The notes: generated by a model from the sequence alone, not told the origin. 64,000 nt of DNA from Yuukianura sp. NJ FZ-2021 (GCA_046563655.1 CM102289.1:8494001-8558000), one strand, 5' to 3'. Counted from the first letter of the stretch, positions 1-15,000 are shown. Made by a program: numbers and translations.

Positions 1-964
1 ATTAATGTTGATGACGGCGACGGTGACGGAACTGATATTATTGATATTAAGTGCAGGTATACAAGTGCCTTAAGTGCCTTGAGTCTGGAACGCACATTGT
101 TGAGTTGTCGTGTGGCCAAGCGGGAGCAACGCTCGGCAAAAACTGTGAAAGATTCAGCGAGCAATAAATATAAACAACTCGCTATCACTGTTTATAGTAC
201 ACGGTTTATAGAACCACATAGAATTTGAGTATTTTAAGTTTAAATTGAACCGACTTAATTATTGTAAAACATGATTAATCTAAAAGTGCACATTTGTCTA
301 TGATTTCGATCTAATAAGTACTAATCATTTTAGATAAGAGTGGGATTTACTGCCGACGCGTAAAACGGTGATGGTAACAAACAATTGGTCAGCTGCGTCG
401 TGGAATGCCCCAACTTGAACTTGAATTAGTTCCTGCGTCACTAAATTGGCAAGGGATTGACGTTAATTATTTGCACTGCGTTCACAATCAATCACTGATC
501 AACAATACTGATGGATGATGCGTTTCAGAAAACGACGTAATTGTGGATTACGTTTTCGATATTGTCCTCGAAATCAAATACTTGGGTCACGACAACGTGG
601 GGTACCGAGAGACACCTTAACAAATCTCGCGGGACAAATTCAAACCTAAAAATAAACAAGAAAAAAAATTTAAGCATAAACTGAATTTCAGAATTTCTCA
701 TCTGGATTTTCAGAATTTCGAAGTTTTTGTCTCCGTAATTTGGATTTTCTACCTCTATTGAACAGGCTGAAATTCGTTTTTAATTATCTAGGCTCTGCTG
801 GTGAGAGAGACCAAGGTACGTTAAGTTGAAATCGAAATTAATCCATACCCGAAAGCATCATCGATGTAAAAACGATTTGATCAATGGACAGGTCCGGCCC
901 CGGCTCGCTGTTTGCAGATAAACAACGTTGAGGTTGGAATTCACAGTCATTACGACATAAGATA

Positions 965-1927
965 ATGCTACGCTTTGTCAAGTACCGTATTGCTGCTGCA
1001 CTGCCGCCTCCTCGGTTTCGACAAATACTACCTCTGTTTTACGGGGATTTTGTTCTGGGATTCCGTCCTGACGTTCAACCATCGCCGTACTCAAGAAATT
1101 CAGTACCATCGTCTTCCTTAAACCAAAGGAGGTCATGGTTTCATACCGCACAACGGCTTGACGCTAGCAACGATGAAGAAAGGACAGTTGTACTACCCGA
1201 CCTATCCGATTTTCCCAAAGTTGCTGTTCCTCGGTTTCTTTTAACACTGCAGAATATAGTCTACTCATATATTATTGGGGCATACATGGACCAAGAGTTT
1301 GATATGAAGGAATTCGATCGTGGTGCACGCCAGGTATGAAAGTAGCTTACGTCAACGTCAAGTTGTGATATAATCCTTTGTATTTTTAGGCGTTGTCCAT
1401 TGTTTCACAAAAACTCGCCGACGGAAACCTGGACGAACTGGATGGATTAGTTGATCCCGAAACAATCGCAGAACTTCGGCAGTCGATATCAACATTCAGC
1501 GTCTTCCAGCGATCACTACTTTCGGTCAAAATGGAAGACATTGTCTTTTCTTTCCCTTACAGAATTGGAGTTATGCTTCCCGATCCACCTCCGCAGCAAC
1601 CTAGATCTCATGGTACTTTACATTTTCTTCACAAATCGTAGTTTTCATAGCTGTGGATGATTTAATTTAGACACTGCAGAACCTCTACCACCGCAAACGA
1701 GACACGTTGAGATTACAGTAGTTTTTCACGTTCTAAGGAATCACCTGCAGAGATCTAAACAACCCGTTAACTGGACTTCACTACGCGCGATTGAAAACGA
1801 AAATCGCAACAACGCTATGGTTTGTAACTACCGCTTTTTTCGTGACTTTACAAAAGGCGTCGAAAACCAAACGTGGATAATTAATAAGCTTAACCATTTT
1901 CTACCAGCTGAGCATACAAATCTCTGA
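965..1927 (+). CDS. MAIP1: m-AAA protease-interacting protein 1 homologue (mitochondrial, C2orf47 family), 3 coding exons
   Basis: Exons 965-1333, 1390-1612 and 1671-1927 join in frame across GT-AG introns. The N-terminus is Arg-rich and presequence-like. Motifs YMDQEFDMKEFDRGARQALSIVS..L, RHVEITVVFH and CNYRFFRDFTKG..W.I.KLNHF match the family as I recall it. Probable 5'UTR intron at about 816-946. Confidence 0.85.
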
Positions 1928-2789
1928 CCATATTTTAGAACTAAAGTAGTCAGAATAAATTAACATCGGATTTATCGTTTCCCGTGAACTCCATGTTTCT
2001 TATTTTTACGAATAACCCCACTCACTATTCAAAAGTGACGTTTTTGCGATGATGGACAACGGTTTGGATTGCTAGTCGGTACAAAATTAAAGAACTTAAA
2101 TTGCACAGGAAACCTAGTTAAAAGTTAAGTTTTTTTTTTATAGTTAGTTTCAAATTGCACACGAAACGAAAAGTCAATACGAACCTAAATAGCAGTAAGT
2201 GTTAATTATGTAGACGAGTGCAACTATCAGTGCAACTTTACATTGTAATTGGATTCTAAATTACTAAAAAGATCAGTAACTCTACAAAGTATGCTTTCTG
2301 CATCCACTTTATAGAGAAATACAACAACACCCAAAAGTCCCGGTACCACAACAGCTTTAACTTAGCAAATTAGCTGCAATTAACTAATAACAAATTCCTA
2401 CAAGTTCATGAATTCGGAGTTACAATTCCAGTATTGATTAAAGTTAAGTGAAGCAGATTTATAATGTTGCACGCCTCGAGCGTTTTCCGAAAGCCCAACC
2501 GTACAATAATACCACTTACGAGCAGCTTCTTCCTTAGTTTAAATGAATAACGTTTTACATAATTTTTACTTGTGGGTCACTTTGTGGTGTTTGATTTTGG
2601 GGAATTGTGATGGTGCTGACTGCTCGCTTCTCCTCTGATTTTAGTCTTTCCGAGTGAATTGAATTCAAATTAAGTTGATGATGAACAGGATTTTACACAA
2701 TTTAGCGAGGAGGTCATCCAGAGAGACTTTTTTTTACGGGAAACAAGCGTATTTGCCTGACGTTTGTTGAGTCTGGGCAGGGAACTGAT

Positions 2790-4181
2790 TTAGGACTCAT
2801 CCCCATTCCCAGAATCGTCGTCGTACAGTTCGTTCGGTGTGTCGTCGTCCTCATCTTCGTCGTTGTCAAGGTCGTAGTCGTCGTCGTAAAAATCCGTTAG
2901 CTCCATGTTACTCTCTGGTGGTTTAGACTTCACAACGTAGTCCTATCAGAGACAGTGAATCAGTACATTTGCATGTCAAAAACAGAGAACTTCTTCTCCG
3001 AACTGCTAAGGATATGTGTATTGAGTTTATTACAGCCTGAGGCCATACCTGAACTGTCACAGGAACAACGACACCATCCTTCTCTGCTTCGAGTTTAGAC
3101 AGATTTACTTGCTTTCTGAAACAAGAAGAACATCGAACATCACGGATCGGAGAATGATGTTGATGGATCACCATTCATAAAGTTTTAAGCGAGGTTATAC
3201 AGTACTTACTTGATTATATTCTCATATTCCTTGTCTTTCCCTTTAGATTCCTTCCACCTTCTATAAAACGAAAAAATATTAAGACTTGTGTATCTTTTCT
3301 GTAACTGTTTGGCAATGAATCTAACAACAGTAATACTTACCTGTACATTACGGAGGCATCGACGTTAGCTGGACTCGAAGTGTTTGGTTCATTTAGTAGA
3401 GAAACCACGGATAGCAGAATGGTGCGTATATTTTGGGTTGGGTTCCACCTTAAAGTAGAAAACAGAACTACAAGTTAGCTTCTGGTTGAAAATCAACGTA
3501 AATCTCTACCTTTCGCAGGGAAGTTCGCCGCTCTGCGGGTCATCTACGGGTGGATGCAGAATTGAAATACACAGGTCTCCATTCTAGATCATAGACAAAA
3601 ATCCTTCATGTGTCATTAACAGATATTCGTCGTACTTTTGAAATGTGATTTCCTTACCTCGTACACGTTAGGATGAAACACCTTGGTTTGGAAGCGAATC
3701 GTTGGTGGGGAATAAGGATAATCATGAGGAAACCGCATATGAGCCTAGAAACAGCACAACGGAACAACATATTAGAACTGTTATCAATGGAAACGAATAA
3801 TGAATTATGTCGACTCAAATACCTTGAAATATCCGCCCTGGTACAAAGTGTCCTGTAGAATACAAGACTCACAGTTTAGGTCAAGTTCATTAGCACTTGC
3901 GATTAGTCATTCACATTAAGTAAGAAATAGAACTAACCGGAGGTCCAAAGATTGCAACTTCCCAATCGAACAGATTATCGTCATTGAGTAGTCGAACTCT
4001 GAAACCTACGAAGAAAATAAGAATAAGTAACACTTGATTGCTTCAATATTTTACAGCGAGAATTTAACTTAAAGATAGATCGACTGAATGAGTTACCTTC
4101 AATTGGTTCTTCGTGAATACTTTTGTACTCGAGCTGTAGGGCTCGAATGGCACTATTCGAAGCCGACGATCCGCTCATCAT
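2790..4181 (-). CDS. UBE2R2: Ubiquitin-conjugating enzyme E2 R (Cdc34), 9 coding exons
   Basis: Spliced translation reads [116 protein letters not shown]. It has the catalytic Cys, the Cdc34 acidic-loop insertion and an acidic tail ending DSGNGDES*. Confidence 0.95.
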
Positions 4182-7100
4182 GATGAGACGTCACACAAGT
4201 CCCTCGTCCCCTCTTGACCGTTCGTTGGTGATTTCTTCTAAACTGAAAACAAAGGAAAGAAAAAAGTTCAATCAGAAAATGAATCAATAGTTCAGGGACG
4301 TCTCTCACGAAACGTCAATAACGTCTCAAGCTCTACCCATCTCCACTCCAGAGTCTTTTATTCGTCTCTCTCTCTGTCCAACTCAATTTGTCCGCCCGGA
4401 CGGCGGAATACCCACCGCAACTTTGACACTTAGCAAATGCTACTTTTTAGATACATCAGCAACTGCTACCTTTCGCATTGTTTGCAAGTACAACTACTCT
4501 TTTGACACAATGAAGTGGTTGCCATACAAACACCTTGCCTTTGTACCGCTCTGATGAGTGAATTTTCACGTAAATTCACACAAACGATTGATTACAAACT
4601 GAGCCGACCTTTGATGACAGTTTCGTATGCAGAAACTTCAGTTGTTATGAACTAATTGATTGGCCAACTCAAACTGCTAGTTATTTACTAGCTAACAATA
4701 TCCAGAGTGAACCAATTGCAATCTTTGCGACTTTTATGAATTCGATTTCAATCCTGTTTTGGCTGAATTTGTCCGGGTTTTACTGCGCGAATGAAGATGG
4801 ATAACTCCTTTGAATAATTTATCTCAAAACGAAGTCGTCAACCTCAACCACTACTTTTAAATCAAGTCGTTAATCAATGACCGTTTACCTTCGTGTGTAG
4901 TAGATTGCTGTTACTTGTACACTAATCGCCTTTTTTATGTGGATGTGGTTGGTTGCTCCTTCTAGAACAATGACTCCTTCACTCGTCGTCGTACACCAAC
5001 ATCAAAAGTATCAGCTGTGGCTTGACTCTGTAAAGCAAAAACATAAAGTTACTAAAGTAAAAAAAGGCCACTCAATGAAATTACACCAAAAAAAATTCAT
5101 GTAAACCAGCCTTTCTTGTGACGATTTTGTTGGCAATAACCTTGTGCTTGTGCCTTTAGTCACGAAATGGCATAACAAGTTTGGGACGATACACATACAA
5201 AAGTTGGAACTTGGCCCTACCACAAAACCTTGTATCTATTTCTGCCTTTCTGTATTACTTTGTAACACCTTTCTTTCATAAATCAGAAAAACCAAGACCT
5301 CTTTGCTAAAAAGGCACTGCGTATTATAAAGTCAAGAGGCTATTTAAAACCATATGACCCGTAAACAAGGTGATGTAGGTATATTATGATTAGACATGAA
5401 AACCACATACTAATGCTAATACTAAAGTAATCTAAGACGTAGAAAACTACGTCAACTAACTAACCTAGCCAACTACTGATGTTATTATAGTACCTAAATT
5501 TCATTAGAGAATGTTTTTAAGCTGTTATTAGAAGTAATGTGACCGTAAATTACGTCTGTTCTTTGTTCTTACCAATATGGGTCCCACATTACCTTTTGTT
5601 TATGTATTGGCAATTAAGTTGAGTTGACTTGTGGTTATCCAGGAAGTTTGAGTGTTGGAAACAATGGTAGTGATTACTACGATGATTCTGAATTACTAAC
5701 TGAACATGGAGGCTGTGTGTCCTGAGCTTAGAAAAACAAGAAGGCTGCAAAAAAGGCAGGGATTTGCCTTGGTAGTTTGTGGGGTGCTGTGGGGAACGGG
5801 AAGGAGCACCCACAGCTGATGCATCACAAGTCGCATTTACTACTGCACAGAATGTGGGATTCCCACACTCCTGCGCAGTCGCACTTACGCAACGCAGTTG
5901 CAGTTCATATTGCGTTGGGTACGCATGCGCAAGGAATTTGTCTGACCCTGGGCACATCCAAATCCCCGCCATTTTCGGATTTCCCTCAATCACTTTGCGC
6001 CGCTCCTTGTGGCAATGCCGTAACTTTTGGGATGATATCTCACGTGTCCACTTTAATGTTGTTTGGTTTGAGTTTTAATTATTTTGTTGTTTTTGTTTTT
6101 AATTGTTTTGTTGTTGTTCATATTGGATCAGACTATTCAACTGTGAACGTCATGCATTTACTAATATGCTTACTTGGTAGCTTCAACATAAAATTTACTT
6201 TAATTACAACTTAATTATAGTTGACGACATTGCATTGTGACGTTGAAAGTGGAGCTACAGGCACTGCTTTCATGGAAAATTAAAAATATACAGTATCATC
6301 AACAAATTCCGTGAATTATTTTCACTTAAAAATCAACAACAAATGTTTAGAAAGAAGAATAACTCACCGTGATACCTGATACAGCATAAATAGTGTGACA
6401 TGAATAAGTTATGACTTTATTAATTTAAGTGAAAGCACGTAGGGGTAAGTCGACGAAAATTAGCCATAAATTGTTTTTTGGTGTTAACCAAAAAAATGTC
6501 AAGTGGTTTGACATCTTCTAAACCACTGAATCCCCTTTACATCTCTACACCAGCTTAGCCAATAGTCACCCACTGAATAATTTGTCCATTTGTATTCATG
6601 GGTTGGATTTAGACAGGAAAGTACTTTATCACTAAACAATTAGCCAAGACCCTGTCACATCTCCAGATCATCATCCCCCTAATCCCCCTTGGTGTCAAGG
6701 GATAACCCTAAAAGGCTCCACGCCAATTCATCATCCCCCTTCACCCTGCCAAACCTACCCTCTGGCTACAGTGTCACCAAGGCAACAGTTTCAAAACTTT
6801 CACTCCTGGGAAAAAATCCACCACTGTGCTGGTCATTGTCGCCAAAATTCACATCGAAACTGAAAAGTTTCGGAGAAATTTTCAGAAATTTCAGGGTCAT
6901 CATGTCTCAGGTTACGTTTTGGCAGTATTGTTGGATATCCACTTTATTAACATTTTGTCCAGTCAATAAATGGATACATCCGGATAAAAGGACGGGTGAT
7001 GGACGAAATATACTTTCCTCCGGAAGAATCCAATAAAAACCGGATGTATGAACCGTTTTCGAGCAGTGTGAAAGAAATACTTTATTCATCCAGCAACATC

Positions 7101-9038
7101 GGGTTTTGATTATGTCCAGGCGGGAAAAGTAAGGTTATGTTTAAGTTAGGTGCAAAACTTTACTTTAGGCGTGGACATACGTTGTAACATACAACAGATG
7201 AGGATGTAATTTTTGGAAGGTAGTTTTCCGGTGAGTCAATATTGGGGAGAAAGGTGTGTAATGTATTTCTTAAATTGGAAACGGAGAAAGTGTGGGGGGA
7301 TATTGATGGTTATGTTACAAAGTACCAGTCGACGAGGGGGAGGAAGTTTATATTGGACTTCTATTCCTTGCAGTAATGGAGAAAGTACATGTACAAACGG
7401 TCCCACCGTGGCACAACACGGTGGAGGTTTAAGTTTTAGAAGGGGGTGACTCATGCTCTGAGTGGGGATCGATCCACCAGCCTGGTGGTGGTGGAGTAAC
7501 TTGTTCCAGCCTTAAAAACCACACCAGACGAATAGACTTACTTCCCATAAGTCCTGGAAGAAGAACAAAATCCAGGGAGTAATTTCATGGAGCTTCCCTC
7601 GTAAAGCCTTTCTCCTGGAGAAAGAACATGAAAAACCGTTTTTTCCGCCCTGTTCAAAAACTACTTTCTCCAGCAGCGTCTGCTTTAAGAAAAGCACGCT
7701 TTCCAGCGATTCTTCCAGCCCTCTCTGCTCCCTCTCCGTCATTTCCATTCCGATTATGTAATTTTTGGATTCACTTCCCCTTTGTTAGCACAACGGTACA
7801 GAAGTGAAAGTTTCCAGCATAGTGTTGGTGTCCCCCACAGTGGTAGTGCGTTTTAGAAAATTAGTTCAATAGAAATTCAAGAACCCTTCACACATTTGTT
7901 CTTTGCAATCATTTCGAGATCTTCCAGATTTGTTTTCGAGTGTTCCCGCGTTTTTCCTTTTGTCAATTTTCAAAATTTTAATTAAAATCTACCCGTCGTT
8001 TCCATTTTATACTCAGTGTTGAGCAGAACGCCGTCCACCAAAAGTCATAAATTCTGTCCAGCCTTCCACCGGGAGATTTTAAAAACTTTTCAAAGTAGTT
8101 TTCAAAAATCTTTGAAAAATCTAAGCATCACAGCAGCGGAGGACCCTTGCTGCTTAAAAACGCAGAGGGTGAAGTTTTTTGTTGAAACTTCAAAAATTGT
8201 TAATTTCTTTTGAAAAACTTGTTTCTTAACAATTTCTTTGGACCGTTGATTGGTGTGGTGGGCCCTTGAGTGAGGTTAGGAAGCCTAAGGGCTCCACCGG
8301 ATACCCTAACAAATGGATCTAAAGAATTGAAAAGCGGTGTGCCTGCTGCCATTGTTTCTTTACGTAACATCATTTTTTGTTCATTTTTTCAAAAATGACT
8401 TTCCGCCCGAAAAGAATTATAAGGGGCCCTTAAAGGCCTCATTTCCTCGGAATCAAACGCCCAAACGTGCCTGTCTTCTTTTGAAATGGAGGGGAACTGA
8501 CGCCAGACATGAAAAAACATTAGAGATCTCTTCGTAAGTTCTTTCTTTTCAACTTTAACTTAGGTTTACATTACGTTAGGTGCAGAAGTACAACAGGTAT
8601 ACAGAGGGGATGGAAATGATCAACGAAATCCCATTGTTGCGTGAACATCTCCCCGTTTGCCCTGGAGCCACTTTGACTCAGATCCTGCACGATGCTCTTC
8701 CCACGGTTTATTGACCAGTACACTTTGGAACTTTGGCAGAAGCAAACCTTGCTCGACTAGCTTCCAAATTTTCAAAAAACTCGTTTTTGAAAAAAGTTCC
8801 AAAACTGATTGAAATGTTTGTGAAGTGAATCAACATAACCTTTTTAGATTAGACTTTGACAAAAGAACAACAAAAAGTTTGACAAAAATGTGTCAATTTT
8901 GTGGAAATTTGCCAAGAAATGGAATTGGTGTCAGGACGAAATGTTAGTTTTAAGGACTAAAAAGTGAGACGTGACACCTTAACATAAAAGTGAAGTGTGA
9001 CATATTGTGGACGTGTCGATGTGTCAACTTTGGTTGTC

Positions 9039-12000
9039 ATGGGAACACAAATTGGTCAACGACGATTGGCCTTGGCCGTCCTACTTGTAGGATTTGCACT
9101 TCAAACTACGGCTTTTGTGGTCCTCATTCATCAAAATGTCGCTAAAGAAGGTTACGTCGTTTTTGACGCCAATGTAGAAGAAAGTCAAAATGGAAATTTC
9201 GAAAATCGGAATTTCGAAAATTCTGGAGCCAAAATTCAAAATTTTTCAAACTACGTCTACAGAGTGTCCCATCACAAAACGCATCCTTGGGCCCATCGAC
9301 TCGTCACTTTTGACAAATCAGGAAAATTGAGACTCAAGAGGGCCCTTGACTCTTGCTACTACTTTGAATCCAGTTTTTCGCGAAACTCTTTCCTAGTGTA
9401 CATTGACATCATTGCACAGCAATTCCATAATGGCATGCCATTCCATAGTGGAATGTCTGCGATCCATAATGGAATGGATAGTACAATCCACAATACGTTG
9501 TCACCCAATCCATATCCCTTCGACTACATATCCTTTCCGCTGATGATTATTGTTGAGCCAAGCCAATCGTGTTCGTCGAACCAAGTACAAAGGAGTGGAG
9601 CCTTTGCGGAGATTAAGGCCCATGACAAAGACATTTTGCATTGGACGAGATCTGTAGATGACATGTACGTGTCCATTCCGGTTGAAGGGGACTTTTGCCA
9701 TCATGCTTCAGAGAGAATCGGGAACCTTGAGGACTTTATGCCACTGGCTGTCAGAAACCAGTGTCACTTGACGGCCAATAGCGACAGTACGAGTGACCAC
9801 TTTTTTGGTGTCGAAGGAAAGACGAACGACGTCGTTCTAAGAGCGGACTTTTGCCTGTTTGAACAGTTTCACACGAGTGAAATTTTGATTCGCTTGAACT
9901 GCTTTCCAAATAAAGAGGAACGGAAGAATTTAGTATCTTGGGATCAATTGGGTAAGTGGTTCATCTAAATCCAATTTAAAACCTAATTAGTTAATGCAAT
10001 TAGCAAAATTTTTAAAAGTTTCAGAAAAAAAAATTCTCAGGAAAATTGAAAGGTTGGGGTATTAGCAGACTTGAGAAAAATATTTTCTAAAACGAGGCAA
10101 AATATATAAATATTCCACATTTTTTTCAGAAACCTCAAAATATTTACTTATTTAACATTGAGAGGAGAAAAAATAAATAAATATTTACTATCAAAAAAGC
10201 CCAACATATTTTTTACTTAAAATTGAGGACATAAAGAGAAAATATTTTTGTGATGTCTGCTAATAACTCAACTTTTCAATTTTCATGAGACTTTTTTTTC
10301 AGTTTTTGAGAATTTGTGAAAATGTGCATTTTTTTTAAGTTCATCTGATTATTCACCGGCTCGGACCAGCGTCTTCACTGAAATCAAACAGCGTCAACGA
10401 TGAATCCCATTTTGAGCGACACCCAATTCACCGAATTCGTCGCGAAATGCGAAACCAAGCTCCCTATTTTGATCAAACTTTGTACAAAGTGTCGGTTCCC
10501 GAAGAACTTCCGGCTGGTATCACCGTAACTACAATTTCAGCCACCGATCCTGAAAATTCACCAATCAGTTACTCCATGACCTCCCTCCTTGATTCCCGCT
10601 CTCAGCATTTGTTCAGTGTTGACTCAAAGTCTGGAATTGTCACTACGAGTGAAAAGTTAGATCGAGAGCAAATGGACAATCACTATTTTAGAATTGTCGC
10701 TACAGATTCTGGATTGCCTCCAAGAACCGGAACAGCAACGCTCGAGGTAAAGGAAAAAAAATTTTTTTTTGAAATTTTGGAATTGTCAATTTCGACGAAA
10801 AGTCAAAGTCAAAGGAATTCTCGCTTAAAAATTTCCTTTGAAACGTGTTTTTTTATCTTTATTGTGATGCTTTGATGAGCGTGTTTACAACTTAATCTTG
10901 GAAAAGCGTTTAGAATTTTGAAATTTTCGAGCCTTTCAGAGGAAACCAGAGAAGCATGTCCGGAATTGAGACTTGAATCAACGTTAATCTTGCTAATGAA
11001 ACGCGTCTTAACGGAAATGATGAACGCGTCTCACGGGAAACGTCTTTTTCCATAGAAAATCAGAGTGTTACAGTAGAGACATTGTTTTGAGAACATGAAA
11101 ACCCATTTAAGTTTGTCTCTCGATATGCTTTTTGTGTGTTCTAATGTAATAAAACCCACTAAAAGCATTTCTCCCTTATGAAAAGGTTTTAGGTTAGACT
11201 ATGAACAAGGAAGCAGCCAGTGCAGAGATAGATTTCGAAAATTGTGGGTCTAATAATGTTATTATTCCAGAAGAGAAAACAAATTTGAGATCTAATCCTG
11301 TTTCATAGGTCCATAAGCTCAAAAGTAATCTTCCCATTTCCATTCGCGGGAGATTTCAAAAAATATACTTTTTGAACTTCTATTTTTATAGGAGGACATT
11401 CACACTTTCCAACTTTCCCCCTTTTCAACTACTGTGAATTCTAAATTCTTCACACTTCTAGTTTTATTTGTAGAAACTTTCCCCCTCTTCAAAAAGTTTT
11501 TGAAATGGCAGAGGGGAGTTTTTGAAAAAAAAAAAACTTTCATCATTTTATCATGATTGTGCCACGTCTGTACAATATTATTGCATTACATGTTTTCTAC
11601 ATTTCACTACTATCCCGTTATAATACACAGCACGGTGTGTAACATGTGAAATGTAAAGATTGGAAGTGAAAGTTTAGAAAATCCCCGGAGCAAAATCAAT
11701 TTCGAAAATTTCATTTTTGAAATTTACTTTTTTCTTTCCAAATGCTCGAAACTTTTTCCATGACTGAGCATTTCCGGTGCAGGGTTTGGTGAACTTGGAA
11801 ATGAAATGACTTTTTATAAATGACTTTTTTTTTGCTTTTTCCAAATGATTCATAATCACATCGTGCTTTTCAATGTGATTCAAAAGAGCTTTTTGCTGTG
11901 TATGTGTATGTGTAAAAAGCACAAAAGTAAACTTGTACAGTGGCACTATGTGCATGTGTGTTGAGCTTAAATTTTGAATGAACTTCCAATTTGAGTTCAT

Positions 12001-15000
12001 TTCAAACAAATTTTAACTTGGCGATGACTCAGAAAATTTTTTGGGGGAAAGTTCATCAATAAAGTATTTCCAGAAGAGAGGTTTTACCTTGTCCTTTATT
12101 GCTATCGATTTCCCACTTTTACTCAAAAAGGAAAGTAGAACACGCGCTTTTAGAAATTTTGAGGCAAAGGTTAGCCAAAAACTTTCTGAAAGCTTTGCAT
12201 TCCCCACTTTTTAGACCAGTTTTGTACAAAGTTAGAAAAATTCTATAGGATAGGCTATAAAAGTAAAAAATTTGACGTAAAAGCAAAGGTCAGTGAGTAA
12301 ACTTTGTAACATAATAACATTATTGACAAAATTGCTTCGTCAGTATCTCCATTTCCCGCACAAACTGCGATGACGCTGGGCGGAAATAACGTTGATGATT
12401 AAGATCCCTGCCAAAATGGAAAATATATTACGCCAAACGACCAATGGCGATTTTCAAAATGTTTGACAAGATTTAATGCAGTTGATCACGCTATATCACT
12501 CAGAAATCCAAACTCTATTGAAACAGAACAGTGCAGTTTTTTTTTTTGAAAAAGTTCACCCCAGAAAGTTATTGACTTCCTGCCAGGCGTCAAGTTTCAA
12601 AAAACTTGAAAAGATTGGCTACGGCTTCCACAAATTTGAAAAAAACTGCTGAAATGAAAATTGATCCAACAGTGCCACAAATTTGAAAAAGTGATGAAAT
12701 AAAAAATGAGTTGAAAATTTGATTCCTGTAGATCAATGTGGGTGATACGAACGACCACGAACCAAAATTTGAGCAAAGTTCGTATTCAATTTCAATTCGA
12801 GAAGGGATTTCCGTGGGCTCCACCGTCATTAGTCTTCGGGCAAGAGATGAAGATTCAGGAAAAAACGGAGAACTGTTCTACTCCATCTTAAATCCACATG
12901 ACATCGATGATGCCTTTCGGATTGATCCGAATTCGGGAGTCATTACGACCAAATTGCCACTCGATCGGGAAAAAAGAGCAGAGTATACAATTTTAGTACA
13001 AGCAAATGACTTGGCTCTATCGCAATTGGATCGTAAAGCGGCAACTACGACATGTAGAGTGGAAATAATTGGTGAGCAATAAAAAAAATGCAAATGTTCC
13101 AAATCCACACATTTTCAAAAGATTTAGTCGAAATTTTGTAATTTTTGTATTTTTTGATTTTTAGATGAGAATGACAACTACCCTCATTTTACAAGCAAAG
13201 CCTACAGTGTTTCAGTGCCAGAAAATTTTGACGTGTCAAACTACCCTGTGATTGCCCGCGTAAGGTAAGAAAAATTAGTCTACTTTTCCTTCAGGCATTT
13301 TTACATTTCAAAATTTTTACATTTGGTACCATAAAAAGTAAGTTTTTACAACTTGGAACTCCAAATTTTGTGTAAATGGAACAATGGAAACACTAATTTT
13401 GAATTCACTGAACTTAATTCTGAGCTTTTGAGTTTTTAATGTCTTTTGCATGCGTTTATGATTTCAGTCGAAACATTCTCAGGAATTTTGGATTAGACTT
13501 CTTGTTTATGATTCACATAAACTGTTTCTACAGGGCACACTTTTTTTCTTATGCGGAGTTTGTTACGTTTAGAACCAAAATTACTTTTTGAACGAGTACG
13601 CGTTTACGCCTATTCTGCTTTTGAAAAACGATACGATGTGAAACTTGAGTTAATCGGTGCACGCAATTTCAAAGGTGAAATAAATTCCCGACATTTTTCT
13701 CCTTCAATTTGAGTTTCAACTTTCAAGTGTGAGTGTCCAAACAGTGTAAAACAGTGTAAAACAGCTTTGTTTTAGCGACGCCTTTCGTGCACTTTTTTTT
13801 AAACTTTTCGAAATTTGAACCTGCATTTTTTCAAATTCGGTAATGGGCTTTGTGTTTTTCGTGAACTCCAGGTGTACAAATTATTATTCTGAGCATGATG
13901 CGAATTAATATTTTGAATTTCCTGTTCCCACAGTGCAACTGATGCCGACGAAGGTGTGAATTCTGCTCTGCGGTACTCAATCATTGGCGGAAATAGTCAA
14001 AACCATTTTTCAATTGACAGCCTTTCAGGAGAAGTGAGTTTAATCAAATCCATTGACTATGAAGCCACCAGAAACTTCAGACTCAACATTCGAGCAATTG
14101 GTAAGACACTTCTATTTTTACTAAAGATGTTCCATTTATCATCATCTGACACCTTACAATCCATTGTCTGTCACATCATTACCTTCATGAACTTCACATC
14201 AACCATTTCCCATTGACAGAGATGGAAAATCGCGCGCTGTGATTTAAAAAATGAAGAAAGAGAAAAAAAAAGTTTATCGTAGAGTGAAATTTCACAGGTC
14301 CAATTGTTTACGCCACTAAATCTGCCTTTGAATTCAGCCAAAAACTAAAAGTTTGTTTCATTTGTTAAAAAAGTGTAGCTTTTTACGTTTTGAAGAAAAG
14401 GAAACCACAAAACCAACGTGGAATGGAAGATGATGAGAAACTTTTCACGGTTGACTCCCATCCATGCGCTTTTAAGTTCAAAACACGACAAAAAAGAAAA
14501 GTCAAAACTTGAATTTTTGGTTTTTCACAACGAGCAGAAGGTTTTGTGTTTGTCTGTCACAGAAGGGGTTTCAATAATTGTGGTTCCATTGTTACAAATA
14601 AGGAGGTGGATAAACGTCAAGGTTATTGACATTTTGGGCAACAAGAATCCAAATTATAAACCAAATTGGTTTGTAATGACGGAAAAATTTCAATTTTACA
14701 AATTTCGAAAAAATGGACGTTGATTAACATCTCCAGTCTCCCCCTCCCTATTGGATTTTTCATTAAGCGACTCAAGAAAGTGAAAGTCAGCTTTCACTTT
14801 TTCTTCTTCCCCTTTTAACTACTCTAGAGATTTCAAATCTATTGCTTTCCCTCTTTCCTGCGCGTGCATTTTTTTTTCATTTTCGGGGAAATTTTTCAAA
14901 AAACATAAAAAAACGAAATGTCCTTGAAACTGTGCGTGCGTTTAAGTATTTTTGAAACCATGAAAGTGATTTACGACATAAATTGCTTGTCGTCTGACAT

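Noticed and set aside
1..650. Possible 5' exon of a gene divergent from MAIP1
   Set aside because: An acceptor-like site exists near 645 on the minus strand, but there is no recognisable ORF within the window.
8997..9038. GTG start of flamingo given by the ORF track
   Set aside because: This is a eukaryotic gene, and ATG 9039 directly precedes the signal peptide.
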